Of a DNA stretch of 64,000 nucleotides, positions 26,367-36,900 are shown piece by piece (positions within the stretch are counted from its first letter, which is position 1; every line of letters starts with the position of its first letter). A program made the translations under genes and the position numbers. The stretch comes from Narcine bancroftii (taxonomy: Eukaryota), in NCBI RefSeq assembly GCF_036971445.1, contig NC_091470.1:157356001-157420000 (forward strand), in the 5' to 3' direction. The notes under the pieces are model-generated. The model was given only the letters and a program-made list of their open reading frames with translations. It searched no databases and was not told the DNA's origin.

Positions 26367-26696
26367 CAGTGGTTCTCAACTTTTTTCTTCCCACTCACAT
26401 ACCACTTTAAGTAATCCCTACGCCATCGGTGCTCTGTGATTAGAAAGGGATTGTTTTAACTGTCCCCAATTGACTCGTTAAGTGCACGGTTTCATCTCTC
26501 CAAAGGAAGTGGGCCAATGACAATTTTTCTCAAGCAAAATATTCCAGTAACAACTGGGTCTAGAGCAGTGATTCTCAACCTTCCCTTCCCACTCATATCC
26601 CACCTTAAGCAACCCTTTACTAATCACAGAGCACCGATGGCATAAGGATTACTTAAAGTGGGATGTGAGTGGAAAGAAAAAGGTTGAGAACCACTG
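26367..26696. mobile_element. Intact hAT MITE with an internal second TIR (dimer-like)
   Basis: TIR cagtggttctcaac / gttgagaaccactg; perfect 8-bp TSD GGTTGGAG (26359-26366 / 26697-26704). Confidence 0.92.
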
Positions 26697-27059
26697 GGTT
26701 GGAGAGCTGGGCTAGAATTAATTATCTGGATTCTGATTGGAACAGGTTGAAATTGGGGGTCTCTGATCCGACAGTGGGGATGATAAATGAGGGCAGATTG
26801 GAATCAGAGTAGGTTATTACTGAGAGGTAGAAATTGGATTAGGATGATCAATATTAAAGTGGAATATGATTGGAAAAGGGTGGAATTTGAGTAAACCGAG
26901 CAGAGAGAGTGAATTATGATAGGAGGAGGCTTGAATTGGAGTTGGTTGGGTCGAGGCTCATGATTGAGTGGACTATGATTGGAATAGGTTGAGATGCAAT
27001 AGGTTACGAATGGGATAGTTTAAAAGTGTGTCGATGGAGGTCAGGTTGAGGACAAGTTG

Positions 27060-27960
27060 GCACAGGAGCGCATTAAGGTGGGGAGATGAAGCCCGATGAT
27101 TTGGTGCCTACTCAGCGCTGCGGCCCGAGGGGTGGGCTCTGCTACTTCCCGGCGGCCATCCAGCAGCCTGCCGGCCTCCGACTGTCTCCGCGGGCCGGTG
27201 GCGAATCGCCTCGAGACCACCCCACCCCCCCCCCCCCCCCAACCAGCTTTCGACACCACTCGCTCCGAGAACCCCCCTCCCCCGGGACGGCGATTGGACA
27301 GGTCGAGGAGGCGGATCGGGGCCTGCGAGCGACGGAGTCCTCTGGCGGGTAACACCAGCACGCAAGCCCGGGGTTTCGAACGTGGCTTTAGGCCTCACTC
27401 GCCGCTTTGGAAAGAATAAAATTGAGCAGCCACTCTTACTGCGTCAAAAGCCTCTCACAATGGGGAGTGTGGCGCTCACGGTGTCTGCTGTATCCTGTGC
27501 AATAGTCACCCACCTGCTGAGCCAATAACTTATTTTCTTTCCCCCTCCCCCCCCCCTCTCTCCAGATCCTTTCGACGTGAGCGGAGTGCGAGCCTCGGTC
27601 AACCCCGTCTCGTCCTTTGCCCTGTGCGGCCTCCGGGTCGGGCTCTGTCCGTCACCATGGTGACGCGGCGCCCCCTGTCTCCTTGAGGCGGCCCCCTCCC
27701 GTCCCGCCCGCCGGCCCCCCGTCCCGCCCGCCTTGGTGAGCCATGTCCAGGAAGCAGGCGACCAAAGCCAGGCACAACAAGAAGCTGGAGGTGGAGCGGA
27801 AACGGGACGAGAGGGCGGCGAGACGAGCCGTGGCGAAGGAGAGGAAGAACAGGAGCCAGGGTGGTGCTGAGGATGAGGAGTTCGTCAGCTTTGCCAACCA
27901 GCTGTTAGCCATGGGGCTCCGGCTGCGGGAGGTGCCTGGTGATGGGTAAGGAAGGTGCTG
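27060..27960 (+). promoter_or_regulatory. CpG island / OTUD3 promoter and 5' region
   Basis: GC- and CpG-rich stretch in AT-rich surroundings; GC boxes, inverted CCAAT, X-box-like palindrome; overlaps the first coding exon. Confidence 0.85.
27743..27945 (+). CDS. OTUD3: OTUD3 coding exon 1
   Basis: [10 protein letters not shown]...FVSFANQL...LREVPGDG; donor GG|gtaag. Confidence 0.95.
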
Positions 27961-30900
27961 GGCAAAACTCTGGCCCACCAGAGCCAAAGCACCAATTCAT
28001 TTTGTTCTCTCTTGACCTGTACCCTGAGGCTTCTTAATGGTACTTTAATTCCTTGTTCATCCTCTTATGGAGAACTAGCAATAGCAATAGGCAGGAGGAA
28101 CATTGGTCGACCCCAGCTTGGCTTCAAGGACTTCAGCAAGTGAGACCCAAGCCATAAAAATCAACACAGAGGGCTGGGAGGGTACAGAGGATGACTGCCA
28201 CAAACGGCGAGGTATCATCAATGCCTAGAGCAGGGGTGGCCAAGCCACCGCTCGCGAGCAACATGCGGCGTTTTGACCTGTAATGCGTGGGAGGGGAGGT
28301 GTGGGGAGTTGGGTCGCCGGCTGATTGTCATCAGCCTGCCCCCGGCTAGCCGCTTTCAGGTGCCTAGGGGGAGCACTCAGAAGCAGGGAATATACCTCCC
28401 CGAGTTGGGTTGAGTAAGTACACCTCGGGGATGAGTTCTCCCCTTTCAGGTGGCCTCCCGACAGCAGCATTCGGGTATCTTAGGCGGTTTTACATTCGGG
28501 TATTATGGCCACCTGAGAGGGGCTAACGATAGTGTTAGTTGGTGTGGCTTGTGATTGCTACGGCTCTCAAACATCTGAAGTTTATGGTATGCGGCTCTTA
28601 CGTTAAGCAAGTTTGGCCACCCCTGGCCTAGAGCAAGGAGGAAGAGTGATCTTGAGTCAGTTTGAGGAGTGGAGAGCTAAGTGAAGAGCACAGGAGACAA
28701 CAATTCAACGATGCCCTATATTTGCAGCAGAGTAAATGGCAGAGCCTGCCATTCCAGGATTGGCCTCCATAGCCACAGTCGACATTGCTAAACAAACCGG
28801 AGGGACCATCCTCATGGTTGATCATAACCCACAGAGGCCAAGAAGTACACCTTGACTTCAGTCCACTTGTTAATTTTATCTCTTGACCTGCACACTGATG
28901 TTTCTTAATGGAAGCAAAACACAAAAGTCTGCAGACCCTGTGATTGAAATAAAAACCGGTTGGAGAAACTCAACTGGTGTACTTTATATAGCAAAGATAA
29001 AGATACTTAATCATTGTTTTGGACATGTCCTTCATCCAAGTACCTTAATACCTCATGAAGAGCTCAAGCCTGAAACATTGGTCATGTACACTGTTTGACC
29101 TTAATGGTAGATTGTCACTTTAATTTCTTGTAGCTTACACCTTGACTCTAGTCCAGTTGGTAATTTTAAAAAAATCTCTTGACTGGTGCTTCTTATTAGT
29201 AGTAAATAAACAAAATTGCAGGATAAACTCTGCAGATCCTGCAACGACCTTAGGTGGCAAACATTTTGGGCTCAGGCCTGAAACGTTAGTTATATAATCT
29301 TTACCTCCTATGGATGCTGCAGGACCTCCTGAGTTTTTCCAGGAATTTTTTTGTATTTTACTACAATCACGGCATCTGCAGACTTTCTTGTTTCACTGCT
29401 TCACTTTGATTCCTTGCATATAACACATGTCCATTTGTGGAAGGTCAAGATCCTAAATCCTTTACGAATACTTGGCAATTATTCAAGTGCTGAAAGAGTT
29501 AATGCTGCTTCTTCTACACGCAGTGACTGAATGAATTGTGATTTGCTAGGATTATGAAGATGGTCATTGGAAATTAGCATCTTGGGTTTAAATTTCCCAG
29601 ACCATGAGAATTTTGTCTGCCAACTGCAGATTTCTGAGAAAGCAGATTTGTGAACCCAGTTGTACAAATTGTTATTTTGAAAACTTGAAAATGGTGAGTA
29701 CTTCAAAGTATTGTGGAAACAGCTGAACAGAAGTTGAGACTGAATAGTTTCTATTTTAGATTACAATAAAATACTAAAAACAGTTTCAAAAACAAAGTCT
29801 GGTTTTTTTTTCAGAATTTTAAATTTTATTCTTGATTTCCAGATACGGCTGTATTTTTCTGTTTTATTTTCAGTAGTGGTAGAGTCTAGGACCAGTGTTC
29901 ACAGTATCAGAATAAAAGAATATCCCTTTAGAACAAAGATAAAAAGAAATGTCTTTAGGATGATTAATCTGTGGAATTGGTGGTGTCCAGGTCATTGGGT
30001 ATATTTAAAGCAGAAGTTGCTAGGTTCTTGATTAGTAAGGATTTCTTTCAAAGGTTATGGGGAAAATGCTGTGGTGAGGGAAAAATACATCTGCCATGAT
30101 TTGAATTGTGCAGCAGACTTGATTAGCAGAATGGCCTTATTCTGCTCTTGGTCTTCTACAGTGAGAGAGCTTTATGAATGCAACTTGTAGATTCTAGCTG
30201 GGTGATCATGCAGAAACATTCCTGCCTCTGAGTTCCTTGTAGGTCACTGAATTGCATTTTTGAGTATTTCTTTGAGTGCAGTACATCCTGTGGTTCATTG
30301 TGACAGTCTGGTAAAACCTGGCCAGAATTCGTGGGTGTTGTATCCTCTTGAAAAATTCTGCAATTGCTGAAATACTTCAAAATGTACCTATTAGAACTCA
30401 CTTTTTTTTTAGCAAGTCCATTCTGTTCATGTTGTTGTGCTAGTAGTAATGTGGCCAGCTACTCTTACCAATTGCTCTTTTTAATTAACTTACACTTTGT
30501 TTTAAATATCCATATTGATCAATGATAAGAAAAAATACAATAAGACAAAGGTTTTTTTGTCAATTATTTTACAAATTGGCTTGTTTGTTTTGAGGTTTTG
30601 GAAGAGACAGATTACAGTGGGCAACAATTTTTTTCAAAAGATTTTCATCCTAAAAAAAAACAAAAGAGGGTTATGATGGATATCTTCAGGATAATTTCAG
30701 ATTTGCTGTATCGCATAGGAAGTTGAAATTTTATGCAACATTTTATTGAACTTAGCATGTTTAATCGCATAATGTACCTCTGAGCCAAGCTCTCAGGTTG
30801 ACTGCATGTTTGGCTTGTCACCAATTTTGCAAACATAGAGTTCATAGGCTTTCTTAATAAGTGCAGTCATGATGTGTCTTTGAGCCTGAAGCATATATAC

Positions 30901-33900
30901 TCCCCACAAATGTAACAGAATACATAGCAGCCGTTGAGACATTTCTGAGGTATTGAATCTTCCTGAAGACAATAAATACTATTGTTAAGTCTTCTTTTTC
31001 TTTGGCTTGGCTTCGCGGACGAAGATTTATGGAGGGGGTAAAAAGTCCACGTCAGCTGCAGGCTCGTTTGTGGCTGACCAGTCCGATGCGGGACAGGCAG
31101 ACACGATTGCAGCGGTTGCAAGGGAAAATTGGTTGGTTGGGGTTGGGTGTTGGGTTTTTCCTCCTTTGCCTTTTGTCAGTGAGGTGGGCTCTGCGGTCTT
31201 CTTCAAAGGAGGCTGCTGCCCGCCAAACTGTGAGGCGCCAAGATGCACGGTTTGAGGCGTTATCAGCCCACTGGCGGTGGTCAATGTGGCAGGCACCAAG
31301 AGATTTCTTTAGGCAGTCCTTGTACCTTTTCTTTGGTGCACCTCTGTCACGGTGGCCAGTGGAGAGCTCGCCATATAATACGATCTTGGGAAGGCGATGG
31401 TCCTCCATTCTGGAGACGTGACCCATCCAGCGCAGCTGGATCTTCAGCAGCGTGGACTCGATGCTGTCGACCTCTGCCATCTCGAGTACCTCGACGTTAG
31501 GGGTGTGAGCGCTCCAATGGATGTTGAGGATGGAGCGGAGACAACGCTGGTGGAAGCGTTCTAGGAGCCGTAGGTGGTGCCGGTAGAGGACCCATGATTC
31601 GGAGCCGAACAGGAGTGTGGGTATGACAACGGCTCTGTATACGCTTATCTTTGTGAGGTTTTTCAGTTGGTTGTTTTTCCAGACTCTTTTGTGTAGTCTT
31701 CCAAAGGCGCTATTTGCCTTGGCGAGTCTGTTGTCTATCTCATTGTCGATCCTTGCATCTGATGAAATGGTGCAGCCGAGATAGGTAAACTGGTTGACCG
31801 TTTTGAGTTTTGTGTGCCCGATGGAGATGTGGGGGGGCTGGTAGTCATGGTGGGGAGCTGGCTGATGGAGGACCTCAGTTTTCTTCAGGCTGACTTCCAG
31901 GCCAAACATTTTGGCAGTTTCCGCAAAGCAGGACGTCAAGCGCTGAAGAGCTGGCTCTGAATGGGCAACTAAAGCGGCATCATCTGCAAAGAGTAGTTCA
32001 CGGACAAGTTTCTCTTGTGTCTTGGTGTGAGCTTGCAGGCGCCTCAGATTGAAGAGACTGCCATCCGTGCGGTACCGGATGTAAACAGCGTCTTCATTGT
32101 TGGGGTCTTTCATGGCTTGGTTCAGCATCATGCTGAAGAAGATTGAAAAGAGGGTTGGTGCGAGAACACAGCCTTGCTTCACGCCATTGTTAATGGAGAA
32201 GGGTTCAGAGAGCTCATTGCTGTATCTGACCCGACCTTGTTGGTTTTCGTGCAGTTGGATAATCATGTTGAGGAACTTTGGGGGACATCCGATGCGCTCT
32301 AGTATTTGCCAAAGCCCTTTCCTGCTCACGGTGTCGAAGGCTTTGGTGAGGTCAACAAAGGTGATGTAGAGTCCTTTGTTTTGTTCTCTGCACTTTTCTT
32401 GGAGCTGTCTGAGGGCAAAGACCATGTCAGTGGTTCCTCTGTTTGCGCGAAAGCCGCACTGTGATTCTGGGAGAATATTCTCGGCGACACTAGGTATTAT
32501 TCTATTTAGTAGAATCCTAGCGAAGATTTTGCCTGCAATGGAGAGCAACGTGATTCCCCTGTAGTTTGAGCAGTCTGATTTCTCGCCTTTGTTTTTGTAC
32601 AGGGTGATGATGGTGGCATCACGAAGATCCTGAGGCAGTTTACCTTGGTCCCAACAAAGCTTGAAAAACTCATGCAGTTTGGCATGCAGAGTTTTGCCGC
32701 CAGCCTTCCAGACTTCTGGGGGGATTCCATCCATACCTGCTGCTTTGCCACTTTGTCACCTTACAAAGCCGTCCTGTCCAGAGAAAAAACAAGCCTTCCG
32801 TCGCGCATGCAGCCATCTTCAGCGCAAACTCCGGGAGATCCAAAATGAGTGGTGGACTAGCCTCGCCAAACGAACACAGCTCAGCGCGGACATTGGCGAC
32901 TTCAGGGGTTTCTACGAGGCTCTAAAGGCTGTGTACGGCCCCTCACCCCAAGTCCAAAGCCCGCTGCGCAGCTCAGACGGCAAAGTCCTCCTCAGCGACA
33001 AGATCTCCATCCTCAACCGATGGTCAGAACACTTCCAATCTCTTTTCAGTACCAACCGCTCAGTCCAAGATTCCGCCCTGCTCCAGCTCCCTCAACAGCC
33101 CCTAAGGCTAGAGCTGGATGAGGTTCCCACCCTGGATGAGACATATATTGTTAAGTACAGTATTGTTAAGTACACTTTTGCCCTTCTGGGTGGAACTAGG
33201 CCAATCCCGGGGGAAAAAGTCAAGGGTAAAGAATTCCCACAGGACAAAGCTGTTCTTCTTGGGAAGTATGATGGACATGAGGCTTGAATCCAATTTGTAA
33301 TGATCGCATTGGTAGTGGCCAGGAAGTGCATACTGGTTACCTGGAAATCTGAGTCCAACTTGGGCATTGCGTGCTGGAATATGGAAATGCAAAGCTGTTT
33401 TTCCCTGGAGAAAATTACCTATAACTTGAGGAAAAATATAACATTTTTCTAAGAATTTGACAACTATATTTAAATTTCATAGGAGCATAGTTATTCTGTG
33501 GATCTCACTGCCCTCCCTTCCCCGTCTATCCTACTGGGGGAGGAGACATCTATTCCATCCCAATCAAGTAAGTCAAGAAAAATGTAACAGCTGAGGTCAG
33601 GCCCTGATGTGTTCCATACCTTTGTGGTTGTCTTCAATGTTGTGAATAATTGTGGTCTGTTGTGTGTGGGGAGGGGGGAGAAATTGCTCTGACTCAACAG
33701 TGAATTTTGTATCTAATGGCTAACTGTAATTTGTGATTACTGGAAATTGAGTTTGAAAATCTATAAGCAAAAGAAACACTATTGCCTGAAAAACGTGCAT
33801 CAACATGCATTCAATCTATGTCATTGTAATGCACAGCATCTGTAGATGTGAGCTGCTTTTATAGCCTGTCTGCATTTATCCTGACGAAGCATGCCCAGGC

Positions 33901-36900
33901 CTAAGACAACACTTGCATATCATCTACTCTGAGTGCATGTCCAGGCAAGCTTGGACTGATCAAAACTTTGTGGGCAATATACAAGTAGACTTGAAATATG
34001 GCATAAAATCTCAAAAATAGGTTATATTTTTTTAAAAAATGCATGATGGTAACATTTTAAGGTGATTTCTGTGATCAGCAGCCCAAAATTCATAAAATAA
34101 ATCCAGAAGTGTTCAGGAAGCAAAATCTTGGTCTAGTGTTTTTTTATTTTAAAGTCATCTTAATGTTCCAAGAAATCAAAGCAATTAGCATGCATAATAA
34201 GAGGCTTCATGCACAAATCAATATTATTTTTAACTGTATTTGATATTACAGTGTTCCAATAAATTCACTCAGTTTTGTGCTCTCTATTTCAAAAATGGAT
34301 GTTTAGTAAGGGCTGCAAATTAAGGTAGACTTGAAAGTTGAGGAAATAATGTATTTGCAAAAATCAACCCTCAGAAGGTCTTACCTCAGGAAGAAATAAC
34401 AATGATTTTAAATGTAGATTGAGAAACCCAACAATCTTGTTTGCTATGTACTGAATTTAAGCACTAGGTAAGTAAGGATTTTAATTTTTCAAGAGCACTT
34501 AAAAGAAAATACTGCAGATGATAGAAACCTGGATTAAGTACAGTAAATTCTGGAAATGCACAGCACTTCAAGCAGTAACTGCAGTGAGAAATGTATTTCT
34601 GGAAGAATCTTATTTAATTTGAGAAATGCAGCATGGGAACTTGGAATGGTGGCATGCATAGTCTTCAACCTCTAGCACATCTCTTTTTAATGGCTGCTTA
34701 AGCTGACAATGGAGCATACTTTATGATTGTGGACTCAAGTTGTGTTGTGTGGTGAACCACATGAGAAGAAAACTTGTTTGTAACACTATTCAAAATGATT
34801 GCATTCTTGTTAAAGCTCAGCCAGTACTTCTGCCCATGTTGCAGTTGCTCTTTGGGGAAAAATATGTTGAAATTGATTATTTTTTAAAAATTAATTTGAA
34901 GTGATTAAGAGCTTAACAAGCAAATTGTCTAATTATTTTGTTGTAAGGAATTGTTTGTTTCGTGCTCTCGGTGATCAGCTGGAAGGACATTCTCGGAACC
35001 ATCTCAAACACCGAAGACAAACTGTAGACTTCATGATAAAGCATCGTCAAGATTTTGAGCCATTTGTGGAAGATGATGTCCCTTTTGATCGATATGGTGA
35101 GCTGTGGCTATAATTTTTCTGTTTGTAATTGTGTAGAACATAAGCAAAGAATTTTTCTGTTTGTAATTGTGTAGAACATAAGCAAAGAATTTTTTTGTTT
35201 GTAATTGTGTAGAACATAAGCAAAGAATTTTTCTGTTTGTAATTGTGTAGAACATAAGCAAAGAATTTTTCTGTTTGTAACTGTGTAGAACGTAAGCAAA
35301 GAATTTTTTTAACTATGATCTGTTAATGTAAAACATGTTCAAATGAGCCATTGACATGAAAAGTAATTTTCTACAGATTCTGAGAAAGAAATACTCATTT
35401 TTAATTTTATTTCCGATTTAGGAAATCGGGAGTATTTTGCATTTCATAACCCTGAGGAGTGTTCTGTTATAGCAGTTGAAAGTGCATTTTTGATAAACAT
35501 TGTGGTTTATTTTCATGATGGTTTTCTGATATGATCCTGGTCTGCCAACAGTGAGCTAGATGATTTATAGGAAATATGAAGGGATGATTTATTGTGGTGG
35601 AAGCTGATACAATAGCATTATTTCAGAGGCATTTAGACAGGTACATGAGCCAGTGGTGATGTTGACCATGTGCAGGCAAATGGGATTAGTTTAAATTGGC
35701 AGTATGGACATTGTGGGCCAAAGGGCCTGTTTCTGTGATGTACTATTCTGTTCTGTGTACCTACTTGCCTAGATCTAGCAATGGCTGAATGGTAGTAAAA
35801 CATGAATGTCTGCAGACACCATGGCTGAAGTAAAAACAGAATGCTGGAAAAACTCAGCGGGTCAAATAGTGTACTTTTGTATCGTAAAGATACATAACCA
35901 ATGTTTTGGGCTTGAGCAAAATGACTGTAGGTACCTGAACAATGGTGGGGGGGAGGAGCACCTTCCCAAAAGCAGGAGGTAATGGGTAGATAAAGGAGAG
36001 GGAGCTCTGTGATTGGAGAGGGAAGGGCGTGGAGAGCTAGAGGAAAGAAGACAAAAGGAAAGGACAAGGAGAGAAAACAGAGTAGGTGAACAGAAATTAG
36101 AGGTCCATGTTCATGCCATTCAGTTGGAGGGTGCCCAGATGGAAAATCGAGAGTGGTTCCTCCAATTTATGGGTGGTCTTGGTGAGTATGGGAATGGGGT
36201 ACGGAATTGAAATGATTGATCACTGGGAGATCCCTGTCACTAATGCTGAAGTACTGTACAGATCTGAGGAGAACACCAGGCTAAATATGAGAGTATTATA
36301 CTGGAGCGTTATCATTGATACATTAAGCTTGGACTCTTTATTCCTTGGGTGGATACATGATCTTGTGTCACTGCACTACAAAAGTTGAACACTTCAATAT
36401 CTGTGCATTAACGCTTGTTAATAATTCTTTAAATGTCATTATTGTATGCAAATTGTGTTACAATTCCCACATTAAAATTAGAGTATACTTCAAAACTCTT
36501 TTGCCAGTTAAAGCAGTTAATAACCTCCTGAGGTTGTATGGATGCAGGCATTTAATTTGCCTTAAGTCACTGGATTCTTGCTGGCAAAAACTGGATTTAA
36601 TCTCTGATCCTGGAGGGGGAATGGGGGGGGGGGGGGGGGCGGTGCTGAAATAAAAACATCATACCTTGAGATAAAACTAATTAAAGAAATCTTTAACATT
36701 CTTAAACCCTTGTGGTAATTGTGTGCATTTATTGAGTCCCAACGTTACACTTTAACTTCTCTGGAATGCAAAAAGAATAGTTGATCAATTTTTATTTGTC
36801 TGAAGTTAATGATAGTTCAGATTTGTTGAACAAAGGAAAGGGAAGTACAGGAAATGAATGCCCCATTGTAGAGCAAACAATAAATTCTCCTAATGTGACC

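Larger units (their letters stand above)
30615..34138 (-). mobile_element. Chapaev3 derivative copy 2, interrupted by RTE and L1 insertions
   Basis: 30615-30990 and 33776-34138 are collinear with 6301-7075; FCYICGE remnant; terminus ...ctagtg. Confidence 0.75.

Noticed and set aside
27041-27419. Overlapping ORFs in the CpG island
   Set aside because: High GC content explains the lack of stops; no protein motifs
35112-35309. CRISPR-like periodic array
   Set aside because: Units are contiguous with no unique spacers, in a eukaryotic intron; it is a minisatellite
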